Part shown: positions 19,065 through 26,820 of the stretch, piece by piece
Position numbering within the stretch: the stretch's first letter is position 1
Layout of the letters: every line of letters starts with the position of its first letter
Origin: Leifsonia sp. NPDC080035
GTDB lineage: Bacteria > Actinomycetota > Actinomycetes > Actinomycetales > Microbacteriaceae
Reading direction: 5' to 3'
NCBI RefSeq assembly: GCF_040050925.1
Contig: NZ_CP157390.1
Location: 885,981-917,980 of the forward strand
Length of the DNA: 32,000 nucleotides
Translations under genes and position numbers: made by a program
The notes under the pieces: generated by a model
The model's input: the letters and a program-made list of their open reading frames with translations, nothing else
What the model was told of the DNA's origin: nothing
Databases searched by the model: none

Positions 19065-20756
19065 ATGCCCGCGACGGCGGCACTCCTGCGTGCGCGCGGC
19101 GTGCGCATCCAGCACGACGGCGCCGGCTCGTGGACGCCGGACGGCGTCGACCTCGACGTCGCTCCGGGTGAGGTGCTGCTGGTGCTCGGGCCGAGCGGCT
19201 GCGGGAAGTCGACGCTCGCGCTCGCGCTGAACGGGCTCATCCCGCACGCGGTCCCCGCCGTGATCGAGGGGACGGTCACGGTCGGCGGAACGGACACGGC
19301 GAGCGCGCGGGTGGCGGAGCTGAGCGAGCACGTCGGGATGGTCTTCCAGGACCCTGACGCCCAGATCGTCACCGGGACCGTGCTCGACGAGGTCTGCTTC
19401 GGACCCGAGAACCGGCTGCTGCCGGCCGACGAGGTGCTGCGCAGGGCCGAGGCGGCGTTGCGAGCGGTCGGGCTGTGGGAGCGCAGGGCGGACGACCCTG
19501 ACACGCTGTCGGGCGGCGGCAAGCAGCGCCTCGCGATCGCCTGCGCACTCGCCCTGGATGCTCCCCTGCTCGTGCTCGACGAGCCGACGGCGAACCTCGA
19601 CCCGGCCGGTGCGGAGGAGCTCTACGGCATCCTCGCGGACCTGGACCGGGCGATCGTTCTCGTCGAGCACAACCTGGATGCGGCGATGGCGATCGTGGAC
19701 ACGGTGCTCGTGCTCGACGGCGACGCCCGGATGGTGGCCAGCGGCCCCGCGGCCGACGTGCTCCGCTCGCGTGCGGAGGAGCTGCTCGCGTTGGGGGTGT
19801 GGCTGCCGACCGCGACGCTCGCCGGACTCCGGCTCCGCCGCGCGGGGGTGCCGATCGAGCCGCTGCCGGTCACGCCGGGCGAGCTGTCGGAGGCGCTGAG
19901 CGGACTGCCGGTGGAGGCGTTGGCGGGACTCGGGGCGATGGCGGGTGCCGCGGGGCGTGCCGCGCCAGCCGACCAGGCCGATGCGTCCATCCCCGAGAGC
20001 GCCGCCGCGGTCAGCGTGCGGCGCCTCTCCGTCCGCCGCGGCCGACGGGAGGTGCTGCGCGACGTGACGCTCACGGTCCGCCGCGGCGACTTCCTCGCCG
20101 TCGTGGGACCGAACGGCGCGGGGAAGACCACGCTCGTCCAGGCGATCGCCGGGCTGCTCCGCGTGCCGCGCGGGACGGTCGTGGCCGACCGCGTCGGCTT
20201 CGTCTTCCAGAACCCGGAGCACCAGTTCGTCCGGCACAGCGTGGCGGACGAACTCGCCTTCGGGCTCCGCGGCCTCCCGGCCGACGAGGTCGCCGCCCGG
20301 GTGGATGGGATGCTCGCGACGCTCGGACTGGCCGAGCAGCGGGACGCGCATCCCTTCCTGCTCTCCGGCGGCCAGAAGCGCCGGCTCTCTGTCGGAACGG
20401 CGCTCATCGCCGGAGCGCCGCTGCTCGTGCTCGACGAGCCCACCTTCGGCCAGGACCGCGCAAGAGCCGCCGAACTGCTCGGGATGCTCGCGCGACTGAA
20501 CGCCGACGGCACCACCGTCGTCATCGTGACCCACGACCTCGGCCTCGCCGCGGAGTACGCCAGCCACGTCGCGATCGTCGCGGACGGCAGGCTCGCCGCC
20601 CACGGGACGGCCGCGGACGTCCTCCGCGACGACCACCTCCTGCGGCGGAACGGCCTGCGACGCCCGCCGCTCGCGACCGCGCTCAGCGCGCCGGGCGTCC
20701 CCGATCCGCTCCGGGGCGTCACCCGGCTCCGCGACCTGCCGGGCGGTGACGCGTGA
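19065..20756 (+). CDS. ECF transporter fused double ATPase (EcfA-EcfA', YkoD-like)
   Basis: 563 aa with two ABC cassettes. Walker A: GPSGCGKST and GPNGAGKTT. Signatures: LSGGGKQRLAIA and LSGGQKRRLSVG. Walker B: LLVLDEPT twice. Confidence 0.92.
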   Translation: MPATAALLRARGVRIQHDGAGSWTPDGVDLDVAPGEVLLVLGPSGCGKSTLALALNGLIPHAVPAVIEGTVTVGGTDTASARVAELSEHVGMVFQDPDAQIVTGTVLDEVCFGPENRLLPADEVLRRAEAALRAVGLWERRADDPDTLSGGGKQRLAIACALALDAPLLVLDEPTANLDPAGAEELYGILADLDRAIVLVEHNLDAAMAIVDTVLVLDGDARMVASGPAADVLRSRAEELLALGVWLPTATLAGLRLRRAGVPIEPLPVTPGELSEALSGLPVEALAGLGAMAGAAGRAAPADQADASIPESAAAVSVRRLSVRRGRREVLRDVTLTVRRGDFLAVVGPNGAGKTTLVQAIAGLLRVPRGTVVADRVGFVFQNPEHQFVRHSVADELAFGLRGLPADEVAARVDGMLATLGLAEQRDAHPFLLSGGQKRRLSVGTALIAGAPLLVLDEPTFGQDRARAAELLGMLARLNADGTTVVIVTHDLGLAAEYASHVAIVADGRLAAHGTAADVLRDDHLLRRNGLRRPPLATALSAPGVPDPLRGVTRLRDLPGGDA

Positions 20757-21529
20757 CGTTCCTCTCCGCCGACCCGTACGGAACCGGCGCTCCGCCGCGC
20801 GGCCGCTTCCTGCACCACCTCAACCCGCTCGCGAAGGTCGCGGCGATCCTGCCCGCGTGGATCGGCCTGCTCTTCACGCGGGACGTGCTGACCCCGCTGA
20901 TCGCGATCGTGGCCGCGGTGCTGCTGCTGCTCGTGGGGGCGCGACTGCGCGCGGCGGTCGTGGTGGCGCTGCTCGTCGGCATCCCGGTCGTGGTGCTGGT
21001 GATGGCGCTGAGCTTCGGGTTCTGGACGGACCCCTCCCGGGTCGCCGACAGCATCCCGCTGTTCACGATCGGCGCGTACACCTACACGGCGGGCGCGTTC
21101 GCGATCGGACTGGCGACCGCCCTCCGGCTGACGGCCCTGGTGACGCTCGCCCTCGTCGGCGGGCTGACGACGACCGGGCCGGACCTGGCGCGGGCGCTGG
21201 TGGCGCAGCTGCGGGTGCCGTACCGGATCGGCTACACGGCGATCGCGGCGTACCGGTTCCTGCCGCGGTTCCGCAGCGAGCTGGTGGTGATCCGGCAGGC
21301 GCAGCGGGTGCGCGGGGTCGGCCGGTTGCGGGGGCCGCTGGAGGCGGTCGTCCCGCTGCTGGCGTCGAGCATCCGGCACGCCGACCGGATGGCGCTCGCG
21401 ATGGAGTCGCGGGCGTTCGGCGCGCATCCCACCCGCACCGAGCGGACACCGTCCCGCTGGCGCCCCCGCGATACCCTCTTCACCGCCACCCTCTGGCTCC
21501 TCACCCTCGCGCTCTTCCTCGCCCCCTGA
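20753..21529 (+). CDS. ECF transporter transmembrane (T) component (EcfT/CbiQ family)
   Basis: 258 aa. The GTG start overlaps the upstream stop (GTGA). Blocks seen: ALRLTALVTLALV, LRVPYRIGYTAIAAYRFLPRF, and the coupling-helix motifs VRGVG and AMESRAFG. Confidence 0.88.
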   Translation: MTFLSADPYGTGAPPRGRFLHHLNPLAKVAAILPAWIGLLFTRDVLTPLIAIVAAVLLLLVGARLRAAVVVALLVGIPVVVLVMALSFGFWTDPSRVADSIPLFTIGAYTYTAGAFAIGLATALRLTALVTLALVGGLTTTGPDLARALVAQLRVPYRIGYTAIAAYRFLPRFRSELVVIRQAQRVRGVGRLRGPLEAVVPLLASSIRHADRMALAMESRAFGAHPTRTERTPSRWRPRDTLFTATLWLLTLALFLAP

Positions 21530-21546
21530 CCCGCACCCCAGGCCGG

Positions 21547-21603
21547 CGAGCACAGGGAAAGTGCTCCGTTTCAGCGCGAAACGCGACACTTTTCCTGTGC
21601 TCG
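21547..21603. repeat. 57-nt palindromic element, copy B (partly decayed), between the convergent ECF-T and MarR genes
   Basis: The sequence is CGAGCACAGGGAAAGTG CTCCGTTTCAGCGCGAAACGCGA CACTTTTCCTGTGCTCG. The outer 17-nt arms pair at 16/17 positions, and there is an inner CGTTTC/GAAACG stem. It shares the termini CGAGCACAGGGAAA and CCTGTGCTCGGCGGC, and the inner GTCGCG(A/T)TTC motif, with copy A at 2295..2351. Confidence 0.75.
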
Positions 21604-21633
21604 GCGGCCTGCACCGGCGGGAACCGGCGAGGG

Positions 21634-22104
21634 TCAGGCGGGACGGGCGACCTGTGCGGCCCGCTCGAGGGCGGGAAGGGCGGCGCGCAGCGCCTCCACC
21701 TGGTCCGGGTCCAGCTCGTCGAGGATGGCGGCGACGGCGCGCGCTCGGTCCGAGCGGGCGGCGAGCAGCAGCTCGATGCCCTCGTCGGTGCCGGAGACGA
21801 AGAACGAGCGGCCGTCGTCCGGATCAGGCGTGCGCTGCACGAGGCCGCGCGATTCCAGATCGGAGACCACCCGCGTGATGGTGGGGGCCGCGACTACCTC
21901 GATCGCCGCGATCTCGCTCGGCCGGAGCGGTCCGCGCCGGACGATGGTGGAGAGCGCCGACAGCTGCCCGTGGGAGAGCCCGCCCGTCGCCGAGCGGATG
22001 CGGCGGTTCAGCCGTCCGACGGCCAGGGCCAGACGACCGGGGACGTCGTTGTCGCCGGTCGTCGGCCGTCCCGTCAGTCCCGAATCCTCATGCGCGTCCC
22101 GCAC
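21634..22104 (-). CDS. MarR-family transcriptional regulator
   Basis: ORF 21634..22164. The winged HTH reads [67 protein letters not shown]. The preferred start is GTG 22104 (156 aa, GAGGAAG upstream), overlapping the 3' end of the MFS gene by 17 nt. The start could be as far upstream as 22164. Confidence 0.85.
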   Translation of the reverse strand: MRDAHEDSGLTGRPTTGDNDVPGRLALAVGRLNRRIRSATGGLSHGQLSALSTIVRRGPLRPSEIAAIEVVAAPTITRVVSDLESRGLVQRTPDPDDGRSFFVSGTDEGIELLLAARSDRARAVAAILDELDPDQVEALRAALPALERAAQVARPA

Positions 22105-23830
22105 CGACTTCCTCGCCCTCCTCGTGGGCCGGTCGCACGGACGCGACGGCCTCCTCATGAACATACTTGCCTCCGCCGAGGAACGACGCCACGGCGCCGA
22201 TGATGCTCATGACCGCGGCCGCGATGAAGACCACCACGAGGCCGTCGTGGAAGGGGCCGGAGATCAGCTGCGGGAAGAACTCCTTGCCCGTCAGGATGCT
22301 GCCGTCCACGTGCGGGGCCTGCAGGATCCCGGTCGGGCCGAGCAGGCTCTGGATGGGGTTGTAGCCGAGGAAGGCGGCGAACAGGCTGCCCACCGGCGGG
22401 GTGTTCCCGATCTGCGCCGCGATGTTCTGCGGAACGCCGTGCGAGGTCAGCCCGGTGGTCAGGGCGGTCGGCAGCGCGACCGAGAGGCCCGCGATCATCA
22501 GCGAGAAGAAGATGCCGATGGAGAGGGAGCTTCCGGCGTTGAGGGCGACTCCAGCCATACCGGATGCGGCGCCGCGCTCGTTCGGCGGCACGCTGTTCAT
22601 GATCGCCGTGCGGTTCGGCGAGGAGAACAGACCGGAGCCGATGCCGTTCAGGCCGGTGAGCAGGGCGAACTGCCAGTACTCGAAGTTCACCGGGATGAGC
22701 AGCAGGCCGACGAAGGTCGCCGCCACGAGCACCAGCCCGACCGTGGCGAACGCGCGCGACCCGAACCGGTCGGACAGCGCGCCGGAGATCGGCCCGGCGA
22801 TCAGGAAGCCGATCGTGATCGGGAGCATGTAGATGCCCGCCCAGAGCGGCGTCGACTCGTAGCTGTAGCCGTGCAGCGGCAGCCAGATCCCCTGCAGCCA
22901 GATGATCAGCATGAACTGCAGTCCGCCTCGGCCGATCGCGGCGAGGAAGCCGGCGAAGATGCCGGAGGAGAAGGCGCGGATGCGGAACAGCCGCATGTCG
23001 AACATCGGTGACGGCACCTTCAGCTCGACGAACACGAAGGCGGCGAGCAGCACGAGCCCGCCGATGATCGAGCCGAGCACCCACGGGTTGCCCCAGCCCT
23101 GGGAGGAGTCGCCGTAGGGCTGGATGCCGTACGTGATGCCGGTGAGCAGCGCGATCAGGCCGATGCCGAAGGTGGCGTTGCCGAGCCAGTCGATGCGACC
23201 GGGGTTCTTCTGACCGACCTCGTGCAGCGACTTGAACGACCAGATGGTACCGATGATGCCGAACGGCACCGACACGAAAAACACCGCGCGCCAGTCGATC
23301 TCGGCGAGCACGCCGCCGAGGATGAGGCCGATGAACGATCCCGCGATGGCGGCGACCTGGTTGAGGCCGAGCGCGAAGCCGCGCTTGTTGGCCGGGAACG
23401 CGTCGGTGAGGATCGCGGTGGAGTTGGCGAACAGCATCGCGCCGCCGACCCCCTGCACGAACCGCCAGGCGATCAGCCACATCGCGCCCGGTCCCCCGCT
23501 GAACGGGTCGAGGCAGAGGGCGATCGCGGCGACGGTGAAGATGACGAAGCCGAGGTTGTAGATGCGCACGCGGCCGAACTGGTCGCCCATCCTGCCGAAC
23601 ATCACGACGAGGACCGCGGTGACGAGCATGTAGCCCATCAGCATCCAGAGCAGGTACGAGACGTTGCCGGGCTCGAGCGGGTTCAGCTTGATGCCGGTGA
23701 AGATGGCGGGCAGCGAGATGATGACGATCGACGAGTTGATCGTCGCCATGAGCATGCCGAGCGTGGTGTTCGAGAGCGCCACCCAGCGGTAGTGCGGGTG
23801 GTCCTTGGTGAAGATGCCGGTACGGGGCAA
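22088..23830 (-). CDS. MFS efflux transporter, DHA2 (EmrB/QacA, 14-TMS) family
   Basis: 580 aa. Blocks seen: [44 protein letters not shown] (motif A-like), [25 protein letters not shown]. It has 14 predicted TMS and a hydrophilic tail. The TTG start at 23830 has GAAGGA 9 nt upstream; the start is only moderately certain. Confidence 0.88.
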   Translation of the reverse strand: MPRTGIFTKDHPHYRWVALSNTTLGMLMATINSSIVIISLPAIFTGIKLNPLEPGNVSYLLWMLMGYMLVTAVLVVMFGRMGDQFGRVRIYNLGFVIFTVAAIALCLDPFSGGPGAMWLIAWRFVQGVGGAMLFANSTAILTDAFPANKRGFALGLNQVAAIAGSFIGLILGGVLAEIDWRAVFFVSVPFGIIGTIWSFKSLHEVGQKNPGRIDWLGNATFGIGLIALLTGITYGIQPYGDSSQGWGNPWVLGSIIGGLVLLAAFVFVELKVPSPMFDMRLFRIRAFSSGIFAGFLAAIGRGGLQFMLIIWLQGIWLPLHGYSYESTPLWAGIYMLPITIGFLIAGPISGALSDRFGSRAFATVGLVLVAATFVGLLLIPVNFEYWQFALLTGLNGIGSGLFSSPNRTAIMNSVPPNERGAASGMAGVALNAGSSLSIGIFFSLMIAGLSVALPTALTTGLTSHGVPQNIAAQIGNTPPVGSLFAAFLGYNPIQSLLGPTGILQAPHVDGSILTGKEFFPQLISGPFHDGLVVVFIAAAVMSIIGAVASFLGGGKYVHEEAVASVRPAHEEGEEVGAGRA

Positions 23831-23882
23831 GGGGAGGCGTCCTTCGTCGTGCGTTCCGTGGCGGGTGCGGAGAGATCCGGGT

Positions 23883-23906
23883 GATTTATATGCGTTAACT
23901 ATATAT
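23883..23906. promoter_or_regulatory. AT-rich island (GATTTATATGCGTTAACTATATAT) in the divergent MFS-MarR / peroxidase intergenic region; probable promoter -10 elements and candidate MarR operator
   Basis: This is the only strongly AT-rich stretch in a 219-bp intergenic region of a very GC-rich window. It contains TATATA on the plus strand, TATAAA on the minus strand, and a central GTTAAC palindrome. The functional assignment is inferred. Confidence 0.35.
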
Positions 23907-24049
23907 CCGCGAGAGGCCGCCTGCGGCAGAGATCGGAAGCCGCTTCATGAACGTCGGGGAAATCATGAGGATTCCTCTTGCCGATCGGCAGGGTGTGGAG
24001 TAGACCGACCGTGTCACCCACCCCACCAGAAAAGAAGAAGAGGGGAATC

Positions 24050-25630
24050 ATGTCCACAACGACGCCCACCGGTGCGCGCGAGCACGGTGGACCCCAGCCC
24101 CGAGGCCTCGAATCCACCCCTGAGTCGAGCTTCGACGGCGGCCGCTACGGCCGCATGTTCCGCGACCTACCGACGTACGACGTGGCCGACGGCTCGCTTG
24201 TCGACCTCGGCAAAGCGATGATCCAGCCGCCGGAGCCTGCCAAAGAGCTCGGCGTCCCCGACGAGGACGAGAACACCGCGAAACTCGGGGGCGAACTCCG
24301 CCTGCCCGCCGGGTACACCTACTTCGGCCAGTTCATCGATCACGACATCACCTTCGATCCGGCGTCCAGCCTCACCCGGCAGAACGACCCGAACGCCATC
24401 GTCAACTTCCGCACGCCGAAGTTCGACCTGGACTCGCTCTACGGCCGCGGACCGTCCGATCAGCCGTACCTCTACTCCGACGGCATCCACCTCGCGCTCG
24501 GCCAGTCGGTGTCGGATTCGCTCGGCGGACCGGATCTGCCGCGCGCGGCCAACGGGCGCGCCATCATCGGCGACCCGCGCAACGACGAGAACGTCATCGT
24601 CTCGCAGTTGCAGTCCGTGTTCCTGCGCTTCCACAACGCCGTGGTCGATCGCGTCGCGGCCGAGTTCCCCGGCTGGTCGGCGGCCGACCACCTGAAGCAC
24701 GCGCAGCGGCTTGTGCGCTGGCACTACCAGTGGGCCGTCGTGCACGACTACCTTCCGCGACTGGTCGGCGCCGATGTCGTGGCCGACATCCTGCCCGACG
24801 AGGGCTATCTGACCTCACCCGCGACGCACGTCAGCCAGCAGCGCCCGAAGCTGCGGTTCTACCACTACCGGAAGAGCCCGTTCATGCCCCTCGAGTTCAG
24901 CGTGGCGGCCTACCGGTTCGGGCACTCGATCGTGCGACCGAGCTACTTCATCAACGGGACCGCCCGCCCCGACCCCGCGATCGACGGGGCGCAGCGCATC
25001 CCGATCTTCACTCCGGACATGAGCCACGACCGCGGTGGCCTGAACGGCTTCAAGACGCTGCCCGCGTTCTGGGGAGTGGACTGGACGTTCCTCCTCCCCC
25101 GCATCACCGGCTCCGACCCGGCCGACGCCACGCTGCCGCAGCCGAGCTACAAGCTCGACGCGGAGATCGCCACCCCGCTGAGGGCGCTTCCCGCGTCGGT
25201 CGCCGCGCCGGAGCTCGTCACGCCCGCCGGCGGTGCCGACCTCGCACAGTCGCTGGCCATCCGCAACCTGCTCCGCGGCAAGCGCCTCGGCCTGCCCTCG
25301 GGTGAGGACGTCTCGCGCGCGATGGGCATCGAGCCGCTGACGCCGACCCAGGTCTTCGACGGCGTGCACCTCGCGGAAACGACGGTGGACGACCTGAGCG
25401 GACGGACGCCCCTCTGGTACTACATCCTCAAGGAGTCGGAGGTGCGGGCCGCAGGCGAGTGCCTCGGTCCCGTCGGCGGGCGGATCGTGGCGGAGGTGCT
25501 CATCGGGCTGCTCGCCGGCGATCACCTGAGCTATCTTTCGGTGGAACCGAACTGGAGGCCGAGCCTCGGGCCCGTTGAGGGAGAGTTCACGCTCTCCGAT
25601 GTCGTGAATCTCGCGCTGACGGTCGGGTAG
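24050..25630 (+). CDS. Haem peroxidase of the peroxidase-cyclooxygenase (animal haem peroxidase, An_peroxidase) superfamily; no signal peptide
   Basis: Internal ATG of ORF 23978..25630, with SD GAGGGG 5 nt upstream; 526 aa. Motifs seen: GYTYFGQFIDHDITFD (distal Gln-x-x-Asp-His), FDLDSLYG, IIGDPRNDENVIVSQLQSVFLRFHN (distal Arg-x-x-Glu), LEFSVAAYRFGHSIVRP (proximal His), AIRNLLRGKRLGLPSGEDV. Confidence 0.85.
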   Translation: MSTTTPTGAREHGGPQPRGLESTPESSFDGGRYGRMFRDLPTYDVADGSLVDLGKAMIQPPEPAKELGVPDEDENTAKLGGELRLPAGYTYFGQFIDHDITFDPASSLTRQNDPNAIVNFRTPKFDLDSLYGRGPSDQPYLYSDGIHLALGQSVSDSLGGPDLPRAANGRAIIGDPRNDENVIVSQLQSVFLRFHNAVVDRVAAEFPGWSAADHLKHAQRLVRWHYQWAVVHDYLPRLVGADVVADILPDEGYLTSPATHVSQQRPKLRFYHYRKSPFMPLEFSVAAYRFGHSIVRPSYFINGTARPDPAIDGAQRIPIFTPDMSHDRGGLNGFKTLPAFWGVDWTFLLPRITGSDPADATLPQPSYKLDAEIATPLRALPASVAAPELVTPAGGADLAQSLAIRNLLRGKRLGLPSGEDVSRAMGIEPLTPTQVFDGVHLAETTVDDLSGRTPLWYYILKESEVRAAGECLGPVGGRIVAEVLIGLLAGDHLSYLSVEPNWRPSLGPVEGEFTLSDVVNLALTVG

Positions 25631-25636
25631 CGCGCC

Positions 25637-26305
25637 TCACGCCACCACCGGCGCGTGCCGCGCGCCGAACAGCCGCAGCGCGAGGAGGTTCCAGAGCCCG
25701 GCGAACAGCAGCGCGCCCGCGACGCCGTTGAGGACACCGCCGACGACGTCCGTCGCGTAGTGCACGCCGACGTACAGCCGCGACCAGCAGACCGCGACGA
25801 CGAACAGCGCGCCGACGATGCCGACGATGGTGCGCGAGAGCATGCCGTGGCACACCATGAGGAGGGCCGTGACGAGGGCGGCGGCGAAGACGACGTGACC
25901 GCTCGGGTAGCTGAGCGTCGCGGGGCTGATGTGCAGCGGATGCGTCAGGTCCGTCGTCGTCGGGCGCGGCTGGGCGACGGCGTACTTGACGATCAGGGTG
26001 GTGATCCAGCCGAAGCCCGTGACCGCGCAGACCGCGATCGCGAGCCGCCAGCCGCGGAGGAAGACCAGTACGACGAAGACGATGGCCAGCACGACGACCA
26101 CCACGACAGGATGGTCGAGCTTGTCCAGGACGATCGCCACCGCATCCAGGGCGCCGGAGTGCGTGCGGTTCACAGCCGCGTCGAGGGAGGCGAAGCGCAG
26201 CGCGACGACCGCCTTGGCGGCGAACCCGAGCGCGAAGGTCAGGACGAACAGGACGATCGTCCAGATCACCCAGTGCCGGGGGATGCGGAGCAGGGCTGAG
26301 GTCAC
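25637..26305 (-). CDS. PAP2-family membrane phosphatase (phosphatidic acid / undecaprenyl-diphosphate phosphatase-like)
   Basis: 222 aa, about 6 TMS. All three PAP2 motifs are present: KYAVAQPRP (KX6RP), YPSGH (PSGH), SRLYVGVHYATDVVGG (SRX5HX3D). GTG start with GGAAGGA upstream. Confidence 0.88.
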   Translation of the reverse strand: MTSALLRIPRHWVIWTIVLFVLTFALGFAAKAVVALRFASLDAAVNRTHSGALDAVAIVLDKLDHPVVVVVVLAIVFVVLVFLRGWRLAIAVCAVTGFGWITTLIVKYAVAQPRPTTTDLTHPLHISPATLSYPSGHVVFAAALVTALLMVCHGMLSRTIVGIVGALFVVAVCWSRLYVGVHYATDVVGGVLNGVAGALLFAGLWNLLALRLFGARHAPVVA

Positions 26306-26383
26306 GGGGTCGGTCCTTCCGGGTCGGGAGAGGACCAGTCAACCGCGTTCCCGCTGAGCAGGCTCTAAGAATGGCGCGGGCGG

Positions 26384-26695
26384 CTACCGCACGATGGTGA
26401 TCCCGCGCGCCGGGAACGACGCCGGCAGCTCGGCGAGCAGGCTGTAATGCGTGCCGTCCCCGACGTCGGCGCCGCGAAGCCAGGCCCTGCTGTAGCCGGG
26501 CGAGCTGGCGTAGTCGACGACGATGAGATCGTGCGGCTCCGATCCGCCGGCGATGGTGACGACGCGCGCGGTGCCGGAGCCGGCGGGGCCGTCGAGCACG
26601 GCGCGGTAGCGGCCGTGGACGCCGTCTGCGGGCGACGCGGCATCGAGTTCGGCGGAGGTGATGCGGAGCACGGTGGGGACGGCGATGTCGGTCAT
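26384..26695 (-). CDS. Hypothetical protein, 103 aa, no recognisable family
   Basis: Internal ATG of ORF 26384..26728, with a perfect SD AAGGAG 6 nt upstream. Codon third positions are almost all G/C, as in neighbouring genes. The sequence is MTDIAVPTVLRITSAELDAASPADGVHGRYRAVLDGPAGSGTARVVTIAGGSEPHDLIVVDYASSPGYSRAWLRGADVGDGTHYSLLAELPASFPARGITIVR. It is soluble, with no TM helix or signal peptide. Confidence 0.7.
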   Translation of the reverse strand: MTDIAVPTVLRITSAELDAASPADGVHGRYRAVLDGPAGSGTARVVTIAGGSEPHDLIVVDYASSPGYSRAWLRGADVGDGTHYSLLAELPASFPARGITIVR

Positions 26696-26820
26696 GGCGA
26701 CTCCTTGCGGTGGATGTGGGCGGAACAAGATGTGGGCGGGGAACCGTCATCGGTGTGGGACGGCTCCCCGCCCGGCTCCGGCGGCGCGTGGACGTGCGCC
26801 GTGCACTCCGGAGCGGTCGG

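Noticed and set aside
25631-26305. A functional link between the PAP2 protein and the peroxidase, considered because vanadium haloperoxidases belong to the PAP2 superfamily.
   Set aside because: The PAP2 protein is a small, roughly 6-TMS membrane protein with canonical lipid-phosphatase motifs, not a soluble haloperoxidase-sized protein. The two genes are convergent and so not co-transcribed. Adjacency alone is insufficient.
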